Shown: positions 1 to 9,903 of the stretch, one piece after another | Layout: every line of letters starts with the position of its first letter | How positions within the stretch are numbered: the stretch's first letter is position 1 | Source of the DNA: an uncultured cyanobacterium | Lineage (GTDB): Bacteria > Cyanobacteriota > Cyanobacteriia > CAKZMO01 | Direction of reading: 5' to 3' | Assembly (NCBI GenBank): GCA_963719515.1 | Contig: CAVRCJ010000003.1 | Coordinates: 160,001 to 224,000 of the forward strand | DNA length: 64,000 bases | Notes under the pieces: model-generated | What the model saw: only the letters and a program-made list of their open reading frames with translations | Told to the model about the DNA's origin: nothing | The model's database searches: none | Program-made: the position numbers and the translations under genes

Positions 1-435
1 TGCGAGCTCGGGCTGGCCAGGCGCGAGGCGCTCCTGCTCGCTGCGAGTGTCAGTCGGAGGGTCTGTAGGCGAATGCTGGCCGCCTTGGCTGGACTCTGGA
101 GAGACCTGCGGTGGCTTCTGGGATAGAGTCGAGGGCGAACGAGCGGCGTCATTGGCTGCATCAGGAGAGTAGGCAACTCCCTCCTGCTGAGCCATTAGCC
201 GCAGCCGATTGCCTAAAGTGATGTAGAGCACCACCGAAGCGACAACAAGAAACAGCACGACGGCCAAATTAGGGAACAGGCCCAACAGCGGCAGCCCGAA
301 CAGAACAAGCCACGGCAACAGCAGAGCAACAGACTGCAGCCAAGAGAGTATTCCTGCTTGGCCGTATGGTTTGGCGCGGTAGAAGCCCCAGCCCAAAACG
401 AGCAGTGCGCCCAGAAAGATCAACGCTGTAGCCAT
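1..435 (-). CDS. Site-2 protease (M50) family protein, N-terminal part; runs off the left edge
   Basis: Not in ORF track. Manual translation from ATG at 435 gives MATALIFLGALLVLGWGFYRAKPYGQAGILSWLQSVALLLPWLVLFG..., open to base 1. This resembles the N-terminus of cyanobacterial S2P proteins; the HExxH motif is not in the window. Confidence 0.65.
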   Translation of the reverse strand, partial: MATALIFLGALLVLGWGFYRAKPYGQAGILSWLQSVALLLPWLVLFGLPLLGLFPNLAVVLFLVVASVVLYITLGNRLRLMAQQEGVAYSPDAANDAARSPSTLSQKPPQVSPESSQGGQHSPTDPPTDTRSEQERLAPGQPELA

Positions 436-771
436 GGTTTATCGCTCAAGCTTTTTCTGTCCCCTGATTAAGTTCCGTAATGCAACGGATGCGGAAGTAA
501 CTGGTCTTATATTCTAAACCAGCTTTTGCGGATGACCTAATCGCTACAGCTCCAAGACCGGGTCTGCAGCCTTTTCTTTATGTTCTCAAAATGTTCTCAA
601 ATTCAAAAGAATGCACCAAAGCGAAAGGCTTTCGCCCCCTCGGCCTCTTTTGTAAGCGCCCTGTCTGTAATAAAGAGTAAACCATCTCGGTGAGCTAACT
701 TTGGCAAGGTGATTCTGTTGTATAAAGAGAATCTGGACCGCTAGTGATTAGACGTGGGAAGAGGATAGGGC

Positions 772-1461
772 ATGAAGCTGATTTTGATCGGGCCACCAGG
801 AAGCGGTAAGGGAACGCAGGCCAAGCGCCTAGAGCGAAATCACGAGCTGGTTCAGCTCTCGACAGGGGACATGCTGCGAGCGACCGCTGCTTCGGGCTCA
901 GAATTTGGTCAGCAGGTGAAGGCGATTATGACGTCGGGCGAACTGGTCTCTGACGACGTTATGGTTGCCATGATCGAAAGTCGTATCGCCCAGCCCGACT
1001 GCGCCTCGTCTGGATTTATCCTAGACGGGTTCCCCCGAACTGTGGCCCAAGCGGCGGCCCTAGACAAAATGCTGTCCAATCGCGGCATTCAAATTGACAG
1101 CGTCATTGAGTTTGCAGTTGACAGCGCCATCTTGGTGAAGCGGATCTCGGGGCGCTTTACCTGTGCCCAATGCGGTGAGGGATATCACGACGAGTTTAAG
1201 CAGCCGCACAAAGACGGCATTTGCGATGTGTGCGGTTCTACAGAGTTCAAGCGGCGTGCGGACGATAACCCAGAAACCGTTGCCACTAGACTCAAGGCTT
1301 ACCAAAAGCAAACCGCACCGCTGCTGCCGTACTACCAGTACAAGGAAATATTGACCCGCATTGACGCCATGGCTGACATTGATGTAGTCACCAGCCAAAT
1401 CAATACGCTCCTAGAGCGACTCAAAGCCGAAGCGGCTCAGTCCGATGCCCCTTCTGAGTAG
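772..1461 (+). CDS. adk: Adenylate kinase, long type with Zn-binding lid
   Basis: GPPGSGKGTQA P-loop, STGDMLR, GFILDGFPRT, lid CAQC...CDVC, RRADDN; GAGGA RBS upstream. Confidence 0.95.
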   Translation: MKLILIGPPGSGKGTQAKRLERNHELVQLSTGDMLRATAASGSEFGQQVKAIMTSGELVSDDVMVAMIESRIAQPDCASSGFILDGFPRTVAQAAALDKMLSNRGIQIDSVIEFAVDSAILVKRISGRFTCAQCGEGYHDEFKQPHKDGICDVCGSTEFKRRADDNPETVATRLKAYQKQTAPLLPYYQYKEILTRIDAMADIDVVTSQINTLLERLKAEAAQSDAPSE

Positions 1462-1469
1462 GATGCCGT

Positions 1470-3152
1470 CTATCGTCGCCGTAGCCATAAAGCGATCGCT
1501 CCTCCAAAGCCAATCAGCGGGAGGATTACCACGGCGCTCAGTGCGGTCGTGATCCAGCGCTGCGGCGTGAGAACGATGCGGCGATTAACGGCTTCTTTAG
1601 GCCGGACGGTCAACCCTTGCTCAGGGGATTGAGCCAGCCAGCCCACGGTGTTGAGCAACAGGTCGCCGTTGAGCTGCTGATTGACTAGGCCATTGATGGC
1701 AAAGCTAGAGTTGCCGATGGCAACCAGGCGGGATTCTACTAACTCATCTGAGGTTGAGTCATCTGGGGCGCTAGGCGTTGCGTCTTCTGGAGGCAAATCA
1801 GGCGCTGCTGCGGTGCCGTCACCCGAAGGACCTTCAGCGTCAGGCTCTGATTCTGATAAGTTTTCTGACGCATCTGCAGGGTCATCGCTGGGAATTTCAC
1901 GGCTCAAGGCTACCCCCAAGACTAGCGGGCCCTGCCAGTCTTCTTCCGGGTTGACCTCAAGCTCGCCGTCCTCCGGAATCTCGAGCGCTTGAGCTTGGGA
2001 ACTGGTAATGAGCAGAGGAGCCGTTTCCGTGTCCTCTAGCTCTCCCAAAAGCTCTACGGGCTGCGATTCAATAAAAAAGGTAAATCCGCTAAAGGCGGCG
2101 GTAATTGGGTGTTCGCCGTAGTCCTGGACTAGGGCCGTCGTCACCCCCAAATTGGCGGCCTGAGCTGTGGGATCTAGCACCAGGCGATCGCTAAACCTGA
2201 TGTTCCAGTCTTCCAGCAGCAGGTCTAGCCCCGCGTCCGTGTCAGGATCTACCAGCAGCAGCAGGCCGCCGCCAGCCTCTAGAAACGATTGCAGCGCTGT
2301 CACCTCGCCCTCCAGCAGCGGTCGAGTTGGCCCCCCTACCACCACAACGCTGGCGTCGTCCGGAACGGTGAAGTCAGTCTGAGCCAGGTTCAAGGGTTCC
2401 ACCTGATAAATCTCGCTTTCCAGCAGCTCCTCGGTCTGGCCAAAGCCACCCTGCCCCGCTTCTAGCGCGCGCTCTCCGTGGCCCTGCAGCATGTAGACCA
2501 AGGGCTGGCGATCGCTTAGCAGGGTGACCAGTCCACTGGTGAGCGATCCTTCTGAGAGGGGCTGCTGAGGCCCAATGGTTTCCACCAGCCGCCGCGCATC
2601 TCCCGCCTGTAGATACACCTCCCCAAAGGTCTGCACTTCAAACTGGCGGGCCACCCCTGGGGACTCTTGGGGATCGATCACCTCGTAGCTAAACTGAGCG
2701 CTTTGGCGCTGGTAGTTGTCCAACAGCTCCTCATTGACGCTGGCGCGATCGCCGCTGTCCCAAAATACCCAGGCCTTGACGGGCTGATCTAGCTCCGCAA
2801 GCACCTGCTGGGTTTGGGGCGAGAGGGTGAACAGCTGGTTTTCGGTGAGGTCGATGCGCTGGCTATAGCGCACTGCCAAGATATTGACGACGCCCAGAAT
2901 GACGATGACCGCTACCGTAGACAGCAGCGCGTTGGTCCCCGCCTGAGTCGAGCGCTGACCCAAAAATGTGGGGAATGAGCGGCTTTCGGAGAGAAGCCAG
3001 AGCGCTAAGATGAGCGCCCCCCCAAAGATGAGGGCCAACGGCAGCGGTCCCCAGGCTCCAGAGACTAAACCAGCGGCAACGCCGACAATGATCACAACAG
3101 GTCCCAACCAAAACAGGTAGCGCAAGCGCTGAATAGATGCGGTGTGTTTCAT
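1470..3152 (-). CDS. GldG-family ABC transporter auxiliary protein
   Basis: DLTENQLFTLSPQT and LQGHGE motifs, N- and C-terminal TM helices, downstream of ABC ATPase and permease. Confidence 0.85.
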   Translation of the reverse strand: MKHTASIQRLRYLFWLGPVVIIVGVAAGLVSGAWGPLPLALIFGGALILALWLLSESRSFPTFLGQRSTQAGTNALLSTVAVIVILGVVNILAVRYSQRIDLTENQLFTLSPQTQQVLAELDQPVKAWVFWDSGDRASVNEELLDNYQRQSAQFSYEVIDPQESPGVARQFEVQTFGEVYLQAGDARRLVETIGPQQPLSEGSLTSGLVTLLSDRQPLVYMLQGHGERALEAGQGGFGQTEELLESEIYQVEPLNLAQTDFTVPDDASVVVVGGPTRPLLEGEVTALQSFLEAGGGLLLLVDPDTDAGLDLLLEDWNIRFSDRLVLDPTAQAANLGVTTALVQDYGEHPITAAFSGFTFFIESQPVELLGELEDTETAPLLITSSQAQALEIPEDGELEVNPEEDWQGPLVLGVALSREIPSDDPADASENLSESEPDAEGPSGDGTAAAPDLPPEDATPSAPDDSTSDELVESRLVAIGNSSFAINGLVNQQLNGDLLLNTVGWLAQSPEQGLTVRPKEAVNRRIVLTPQRWITTALSAVVILPLIGFGGAIALWLRRR

Positions 3153-3174
3153 AGCCCTTTGCGGATAACGCCCT

Positions 3175-3963
3175 CTACGATCGCTGATAGCGGAAAACGT
3201 CGATAGATTGAGCCGTCAAGAATACCCCCAGCAGCACATAGCTGAGCAGCAGCACGATGCTGGCCGGCTCAAAAATGCCCTGGGCTAAATTGCCGTAATG
3301 CCGCAAAAGGGACAGATGACTCAGCACTTCCCCAGCAGGACCGGCGATGCTCTCGGTGAGCCAGTTGATAATCAGCAGCACCGCCATCAGCGCAAAGGTG
3401 AGAATAGCGGCCAAAATCGTGCTGCTGGTGAGGGTGGAAATAAACATGCCCAAAGATAGAATGGCCGCTGCCATCAGCAGTAGCCCTAGATGGCCTAAGC
3501 CTATTAACCCCCACGACAGCGGCGGATCCGCCGGGGCAAAGGCGATCGCCTCATACACCAGCAGAGGCAGCATCATGGTCAAAAAGAAGGTGAGCACTCC
3601 CAGCAGCTTGCCGAGGGCTACTGACCAGTTGGTCAAAGGAGAGGTGGCCAGCAGCTCTAGGGTGCCGAGCTTTCGCTCTTCTGTGTAAAGGCCCATGGAG
3701 AGCATGGGCAGCAAAAATAGCGTCAGCACCGCCAGCCAGCCCAGAAACCCTACCAGCACCTCATAGGGCACATCCACGGGCCGTCCGCCCCCCACCTGGT
3801 CGTTGATGGCCGCAACGTTTTGCACGTCCTGCAGGATACGGAGAAATAAGACGCCGCTCAAAAGCCAGAAAATACCCGCAATCACGTAGGCAAACGGCGA
3901 AGCGAAGTAGCTCTGCAGCTCTTTGCGGTAGATGGCGATGATGTTGCTAAAGATGGTTCCCAT
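3175..3963 (-). CDS. ABC-2 type permease (GldF-like)
   Basis: KELQSYFASPFAY, EERKLGTLELL motif, ~6 TM helices. Confidence 0.9.
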   Translation of the reverse strand: MGTIFSNIIAIYRKELQSYFASPFAYVIAGIFWLLSGVLFLRILQDVQNVAAINDQVGGGRPVDVPYEVLVGFLGWLAVLTLFLLPMLSMGLYTEERKLGTLELLATSPLTNWSVALGKLLGVLTFFLTMMLPLLVYEAIAFAPADPPLSWGLIGLGHLGLLLMAAAILSLGMFISTLTSSTILAAILTFALMAVLLIINWLTESIAGPAGEVLSHLSLLRHYGNLAQGIFEPASIVLLLSYVLLGVFLTAQSIDVFRYQRS

Positions 3964-3971
3964 GGTCGCTT

Positions 3972-4937
3972 TTATTCGCTTTGCTCTAATTCACGCTGAG
4001 GGGGCTCAGAGGTGGTCAACTGGAGGAACACATCCTCTAAGCTCACCTGCACCCGGCGCAGCTCGTGAAGTTTCAAGCCCTCCGCCACTAGGACCTGGGC
4101 CAGATCTGGTCCCGCAGTGGTGCCGCCAGAGAGACTGACCAGCAGGCGATGGGCCCCGCTCGCTGCCGCGGGACGGGGCTCTACCGCCTGGACGGCAGGC
4201 AGCCGCTGGAGCTGCGATCGCACCATTTCTAGCGGCCCCTCAACTTCGACCTCGTAGCCACTGCCGCCCTGAAGCTGGGCCACCAGCTGGTCGGGGGTGT
4301 TGGTGGCAACGATGCGGCCCTGGTTGATGATGGTGACGCGATCGCAGGTCATGCTCACCTCAGGCAGGATGTGGGTCGATAGGATAATCGTGTGGTCCCC
4401 CGCCAGGGATTTGATCAAATTGCGCACTTCGATAATCTGGCGCGGGTCTAGCCCCACAGTCGGCTCGTCCAAGATAATTACGGGGGGATCGTGGACGATG
4501 GCTTGGGCGATTCCTACCCGCTGCCGAAACCCTTTGGAAAGCTTGCGAATCAGGCTATGCTGCTTCTCCGTTAGGTTGCAGCGCTGGATGGCCGAGCGCA
4601 CCCGCTCGGCGCGATCGCCCGCCGCCACCCCTTTGATGCGGGCCACAAAGTATAGGAATCCCTCCACCGTCATCTCGGGGTAGAGCGGGGGCGTCTCTGG
4701 CAGGTAGCCAATCTGCTTCCGCACCGCCATGGAGTTGCCGTGGACGTCTACCCCATCGATGACGGCGGTGCCGCTGGTGGCGGGCAGATACCCCGTCAAG
4801 ATGCGCATGGTGGTGGTTTTTCCCGCGCCGTTGGGACCCAAAAAGCCTAAAATCTCGCCAGCCTCTACAGAGAAGGTGACGTCTTGAATCACCGGCAGGC
4901 TGCCGTACAGCTTGTTGAGATGCTCAACCGTAATCAC
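3972..4937 (-). CDS. ABC transporter ATP-binding protein (GldA-like)
   Basis: GPNGAGKTT, LSKGFRQR, ILDEPT. Start re-called at GTG 4937 (VITVEHL), just after the hisB stop; the ORF-track extension overlaps hisB. Confidence 0.9.
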   Translation of the reverse strand: MITVEHLNKLYGSLPVIQDVTFSVEAGEILGFLGPNGAGKTTTMRILTGYLPATSGTAVIDGVDVHGNSMAVRKQIGYLPETPPLYPEMTVEGFLYFVARIKGVAAGDRAERVRSAIQRCNLTEKQHSLIRKLSKGFRQRVGIAQAIVHDPPVIILDEPTVGLDPRQIIEVRNLIKSLAGDHTIILSTHILPEVSMTCDRVTIINQGRIVATNTPDQLVAQLQGGSGYEVEVEGPLEMVRSQLQRLPAVQAVEPRPAAASGAHRLLVSLSGGTTAGPDLAQVLVAEGLKLHELRRVQVSLEDVFLQLTTSEPPQRELEQSE

Positions 4938-4941
4938 AGGG

Positions 4942-5616
4942 CTATAAAACCCCCTTTGAGCTAGGAATCTCGTGGGCGCGTCGTGGGTCCACCTCGGTGG
5001 CCATCCGCAGCGCCCGGGCAAATGCCTTAAACGTCGCCTCAATGATGTGGTGGGAGTTGAGGCCGTCAAGCTGGCGGACATGTAGCGTCAGCTGAGCGTG
5101 GTTGACCACCGCCACGAAAAACTCCCGCACCAGCTGGGTGTCGTAGGTGCCCACCCGCTGGGTGGGGATGGAAAGTCCGTAGCTGAGGTGGGGTCGCCCC
5201 GAGAAGTCGAGGGTGACCTGCACCAGCGCCTCGTCTAGGGGAGCGAAAAAATGGCCAAAGCGGACAATACCTTTGCGATCGCCGAGCGCTTCGGCCAGCG
5301 CCTGACCCAAGGTAATGCCCACATCTTCATTGGTATGGTGGTCGTCGATGTCGATGTCCCCCGTCGCCACTACCTCTAGATCCACCAGCCCATGGGAGGC
5401 GATCTGCTGCAGCATATGGTTCAGAAACGGCACCCCGGTGTCGGCAACACAGCGGCCCGTACCGTCGAGATTGAGGCTCACCCGAACGTCGGTTTCCTTT
5501 GTCTGACGATGAACCGTCGCGAGCCGCTCTAGCGAACGCTGCTGGGTTGAACGTTCGTCAGCGTGACCGTTCGCGGATGGCGTCGACAGCTCCAGCGAAG
5601 CATCCTGAGTTTTCAT
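4942..5616 (-). CDS. hisB: Imidazoleglycerol-phosphate dehydratase
   Basis: [33 protein letters not shown]. Confidence 0.97.
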   Translation of the reverse strand: MKTQDASLELSTPSANGHADERSTQQRSLERLATVHRQTKETDVRVSLNLDGTGRCVADTGVPFLNHMLQQIASHGLVDLEVVATGDIDIDDHHTNEDVGITLGQALAEALGDRKGIVRFGHFFAPLDEALVQVTLDFSGRPHLSYGLSIPTQRVGTYDTQLVREFFVAVVNHAQLTLHVRQLDGLNSHHIIEATFKAFARALRMATEVDPRRAHEIPSSKGVL

Positions 5617-5750
5617 GAATTAACGACCCCCAAGTCAGCTAAAGTGGTTGGCAAATAGTCCCAGTCTATTGCTCGTTTAAGCAGCTTAGCGCAGCGGCGT
5701 GACCAGCTGCCCAGCCACTTAATTCCAGCAGCCTCTCTGGGCCAGTAGGT

Positions 5751-6527
5751 CTACATCCCCATAATTTCGTAGCCTGAGTCGACGTAGATGACCTGTCCCG
5801 TGATACCGCTAGCCAAGTCGCTGGCCAGAAAAGCGGCGGCGTTACCCACTTCAACTTGGGTCACCGTGCGCTTGAGCGGAGCCACCTCTTCCACGTGGTG
5901 AATCATGTCGAGAATACCCCCCACAGCAGAGGAGGCCAGGGTTCGAATCGGCCCAGCAGAGATGGCGTTGACTCGAATATTCTGAGAGCCTAGCTCGGAA
6001 GCCAAATAGCGCACGTTCATCTCTAGCGCGGCTTTGGCAATGCCCATGACGTTGTAGTTCGGAATGACGCGATTGCCGCCCAGGTAGGTCAGGGTAATGA
6101 TGCTGCCGCCCTCCGTCATTAAAGATTTGGCCCCCTGACTGAGCTGGACGAGCGAGTAGGCGCTGACGTCCAGCGCCGTTTGGTAGCCTTCCCGAGATGT
6201 TTCGCTGAACGCTCCGGTAAGGTCATCTCGGTTAGCAAAGGCCAGACAGTGGATCAGAACGTCGAGCTGTCCCCAATGATCTTTGATGTTAGAAAACAGA
6301 TCCGTCACCTGGGCGTTGTCCTGAACATTGCAGGGCAAAAACAAGCTGGGCTGCAGCGAGTCCACTAGATCTTTAACTTTCTTCTCATTGCGGCCGCGAT
6401 CGTCAGGGAGATAGGTAATGGCAAGCTCCGCGCCTGCTTTGTGAAGCTGCTGCGCAATTCCCCAGGCAATGGAGCGGTTGTTAGCAATACCGGTGACAAG
6501 CGCTTTCTTTCCAGTTAGGTCCAACAT
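5751..6527 (-). CDS. fabI: Enoyl-ACP reductase
   Basis: GIANNRSIAWGIA, YNVMGIAKAALE, SAGPIRTLA. Confidence 0.97.
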   Translation of the reverse strand: MLDLTGKKALVTGIANNRSIAWGIAQQLHKAGAELAITYLPDDRGRNEKKVKDLVDSLQPSLFLPCNVQDNAQVTDLFSNIKDHWGQLDVLIHCLAFANRDDLTGAFSETSREGYQTALDVSAYSLVQLSQGAKSLMTEGGSIITLTYLGGNRVIPNYNVMGIAKAALEMNVRYLASELGSQNIRVNAISAGPIRTLASSAVGGILDMIHHVEEVAPLKRTVTQVEVGNAAAFLASDLASGITGQVIYVDSGYEIMGM

Positions 6528-6738
6528 CTTAGTTTTTTCCGTATAACGGCCACATAATAAACCCTATTGAGAACCCACGCACCCCGCAGCCTAAAACCAG
6601 ATTGGTCCAAGACCGTACTGGACGTGGAGGTCGCCACCGTGCCGGGGGATCCCTAGAGACGCGAGCCATCGCTATCTAGGGTTGACCCACTTCGGAGTTT
6701 AAAAAAATCGCCGAATATAAAAACTGTAGTATGGAACT

Positions 6739-6752
6739 GTATCTTCGAATAC
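6739..6752. promoter_or_regulatory. NtcA binding site (GTA-N8-TAC) in the fabI/ntcA divergent region
   Basis: tGTAtcttcgaaTACa at 6738-6753, ~245 bp upstream of ntcA. Confidence 0.75.
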
Positions 6753-6995
6753 AAAAAGTGGGCGTTAGATTAAGTTTAAGTAATATTAAAGTCAACTCTT
6801 TATCACATACTTGGCCACCGCCAAGATATGGTGGATTAACCTAGCAAAATGACGCACGGACCCTCCACGCTGGATATTCAGGGCTGGCAGGGCGCGCGGC
6901 AGTACCTTACAGATGAGCCGTTTGGCTTTTTGAGGTTGTTTGCAAAAGCTATCGAAGACTTGGTTTGCTGGATATCGTCTGGTGGAGAATAGCCC

Positions 6996-7667
6996 ATGGT
7001 TGCGACACAAAGTCAGCCCCTTGCAGAACTGTTTCGTCAGGTTGGGGGCGGAGCATTCCCGCCTGTAGTAGAAACTTACGAGCGCAGCAAAACGATCTTT
7101 TTCCCAGGGGATCCGGCTGAGCGCGTCTACTTTTTGCTCAAAGGCGCCGTGAAGCTTTCCCGCGTCTATGAGGCTGGTGAAGAGATTACGGTGGCGCTGC
7201 TCAAGGAAAACAGCGTTTTCGGCGTCCTGTCTTTGATTACCGGCCATCGCTCAGACCGCTTCTACCACGCCGTAGCCTTCACGCCAGTGGAGCTGCTGTC
7301 GGTTCCCATTGAGCAAATGGAAAAGGCGCTTCAAGAGCAGCCCGATCTATCTATCATCATGCTGCAGGGGCTATCATCTCGAATTTTACAGACCGAGATG
7401 ATGATCGAAACCCTGGCCCACCGCGACATGGGGTCGAGGCTCGTCAGCTTTTTGCTGATTCTTTGCCGCGACTTTGGCGTCCCGAGCCAAGACGGAATTA
7501 CCATCGATCTCAAGCTGTCCCATCAGGCGATCGCCGAAGCCATTGGGTCCACCCGGGTGACGGTGACCCGGCTGCTGGGAGATCTTCGTCAAGACGAGAT
7601 GATCTCCATTCACAAGAAAAAGATTACGGTTCACAATCCCGTTGCCCTCAGCCAGCAGTTTACCTAA
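6996..7667 (+). CDS. ntcA: Global nitrogen regulator NtcA (CRP family)
   Basis: [60 protein letters not shown]; divergent from fabI. Confidence 0.98.
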   Translation: MVATQSQPLAELFRQVGGGAFPPVVETYERSKTIFFPGDPAERVYFLLKGAVKLSRVYEAGEEITVALLKENSVFGVLSLITGHRSDRFYHAVAFTPVELLSVPIEQMEKALQEQPDLSIIMLQGLSSRILQTEMMIETLAHRDMGSRLVSFLLILCRDFGVPSQDGITIDLKLSHQAIAEAIGSTRVTVTRLLGDLRQDEMISIHKKKITVHNPVALSQQFT

Positions 7668-7787
7668 CGTGGGCTGCGGCTAGGACAAAACACCGATGGA
7701 GAGCGCTGAGACGGAAAAGAGGGGTACTGCCAGCTCCGAAACCAGCGGCAATACGGTACTCTAAGCGTGTAATCCTAGCCATTTGCA

Positions 7788-9278
7788 ATGACCAGTGGCC
7801 TGATTCTAATTGCCGCCATTTTGATCTTGGGGGGTGTGATTGCAACTGCTGGCGATCGCATTGGCATGCGCGTTGGCAAAGCTCGCCTCAGCTTATTCAA
7901 CCTACGGCCTCGTCAAACCGCGACCCTGATCACCATTTTGACGGGAGGCGTGATCTCTGCCTCGACGCTAGGGCTGCTGTTTGCCATTAGCGAGCAGCTG
8001 CGGACGGGGGTTTTTGAGCTGGGGAAAATCCAGGACGATCTGGCTACCGCCAATTCAGACTTAGAGCAAAGCCGCACCAACCTCAACCGGACCCGCCGCC
8101 AAAAAACTCGGGTAGAGCGTGAGCTATCGGAAGCCCAATCTCAGCGGATGGCGGCCCAAGATCGGCTGCGGACCATCAACCGATCGCTGCAGGCCGCCAT
8201 CCGTCAGGAGGAAAAAACCGAGCAGCAGCTCAAAGACACCCAGGCCTCTTTACAACAAACCCAGGAAAACTTTCAGCAGGCCCAGCAGCGCCTGCAGCAG
8301 GCGACGCAGCAGTCCTCGGAGCTGCGGGGCGAAATCGATCAGCTGCAGCAGGAGCGACAGGTGCTCATAGCGCGTCAGCGAGAGCGAGAAGAGCTAGTCG
8401 CACAGCTTGACCAAGAGCTTGCCCAGCGCGATCAAGAAATCGCTCAGCGCGAGCAGCAGCTGGTGGCTCTAGGGCGTCAGCAGCAAATTCTAGAACAGCA
8501 GCGAGCCATCCTGGTCAGTGAGGTGCAGGCGCTCGATCGAGAAATTCAGGCGCTGCGGGAGGGAGATGTGGTCCTGTTCAATAATCAGGTCATCGCGGCG
8601 GGGGTAATCCAGGTTGACACCCCCGATGAGGCGCAGCAGGTCATCGATCAGGTTTTGCGTCAGGCCAATCAAGCGGTGCTCCAGGCCGTTTTGCCCAGCG
8701 TGGCCCCTTTGGAGGCGCAGGTCGTCAAAATTAGAAGCACTGAAGTTGCGGATGTGATTCGCCGCATCAGCGATGGCCAGCCCTACGTCGTTCAAATTTT
8801 GTCTGGCGGCAACTATCTTATCGGTGAGCCCTGCGTTGTTTCGGGGCAATCCTGCATTGACGTCTCGGCCAACGCTGTTCCCAATGAGCTGGTGTTTGGC
8901 TCAGGAGAAACGATTACGTCGGTGACGATTGACCCCAACGAGGATACCGAGACTAAGCTCCAGGAGCGGTTAGAGCTACTGATTTCTGCCTCTCAGCTGC
9001 GATCGCGTCAAGCCGGCGTGCTCCCTAAAACGGTGCAGGTCTCGGGACGGGGCTATGACGACCTCAGGTCTTTTTTAGAGGATCTACGAGATTTCCAGCA
9101 GTCTCAGACAGAGCCCTTTGTGATTCGGGCGGTTTCGGCCCGAGACATCTATACGATAGGGCCTTTGACGCTAGAGCTGAGGGTGCTTCGGGATGGCCAG
9201 TCTGTCATGGATAGCGATGTAGACAGCGATTCGGATAGTGACTCAGGTAGTGACTCGGGTCGCGAGAATGCAAGATGA
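7788..9278 (+). CDS. DUF3084 coiled-coil membrane protein
   Basis: GDRIGMRVGKARLSLFNLRPRQTA N-terminus and long coiled coil; usual ntcA neighbour. Confidence 0.85.
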   Translation: MTSGLILIAAILILGGVIATAGDRIGMRVGKARLSLFNLRPRQTATLITILTGGVISASTLGLLFAISEQLRTGVFELGKIQDDLATANSDLEQSRTNLNRTRRQKTRVERELSEAQSQRMAAQDRLRTINRSLQAAIRQEEKTEQQLKDTQASLQQTQENFQQAQQRLQQATQQSSELRGEIDQLQQERQVLIARQREREELVAQLDQELAQRDQEIAQREQQLVALGRQQQILEQQRAILVSEVQALDREIQALREGDVVLFNNQVIAAGVIQVDTPDEAQQVIDQVLRQANQAVLQAVLPSVAPLEAQVVKIRSTEVADVIRRISDGQPYVVQILSGGNYLIGEPCVVSGQSCIDVSANAVPNELVFGSGETITSVTIDPNEDTETKLQERLELLISASQLRSRQAGVLPKTVQVSGRGYDDLRSFLEDLRDFQQSQTEPFVIRAVSARDIYTIGPLTLELRVLRDGQSVMDSDVDSDSDSDSGSDSGRENAR

Positions 9279-9766
9279 TTGACCAATCCCACAGCGCAGG
9301 TAGGAGAACTATTCTTGGCCTCGACCCAGGCCGAGAAAAGTGCGGGGTTGCTGTGGTGGCGGTCTCTTTCCCTTTTCCCCCCTCGCCCCCTCCTATCGAT
9401 TCGAGCCCTGTGAACATCTTGAATCACGACGTCGTTTCTGCAGAGGTCACCCTCACGGCGATCGCTGCTCTGATTCTCCGCTTTGAGGTTTCGCAGCTCG
9501 TGTTGGGAAACCAAACCAGCTCAAAGGAATGGCTCGCCAAACTCCAGGCGCGATTTGATCCGCTGCCGATTGCCCTGGTCGACGAGCGCAACAGCACCCT
9601 GGAGGCTCGCGATCGCTACTGGCAGCTATACCCCGCCTCAGGGCTAACGCGGTGGGTTCCTAAGTCCCTGCGCTCGATTCCCGGCCCGGTGGATGGTGTT
9701 GTTGCTATCTTGTTAGTTGAGCGATACCTCAAGCAGCTTGCTACCGAAGGAAGCAGCAGCCTCTAA
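9275..9766 (+). CDS. ruvX: RuvX/YqgF-like nuclease
   Basis: LGLDPGREKCG, VDERNSTLEAR, VD..VA.LL.ERYL; ATGA overlap with the upstream gene. Confidence 0.8.
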   Translation: MIDQSHSAGRRTILGLDPGREKCGVAVVAVSFPFPPSPPPIDSSPVNILNHDVVSAEVTLTAIAALILRFEVSQLVLGNQTSSKEWLAKLQARFDPLPIALVDERNSTLEARDRYWQLYPASGLTRWVPKSLRSIPGPVDGVVAILLVERYLKQLATEGSSSL

Positions 9767-9903
9767 CTCACCTGGACCGGCATCCATTAGTAGAGTTAGG
9801 GGAATGGGCGTAGCTCTAATTAAATGAGCTAATTTAATAAAACTTTATTCTTAATCGTAGGTAGCTTATACTACCGAAGGACGGTTAGCAGGAGAGAGTG
9901 TCA

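Noticed and set aside
4938..5081. N-terminal extension of the ABC ATPase ORF
   Set aside because: Out-of-frame overlap with hisB; the GTG at 4937 gives a normal ATPase start
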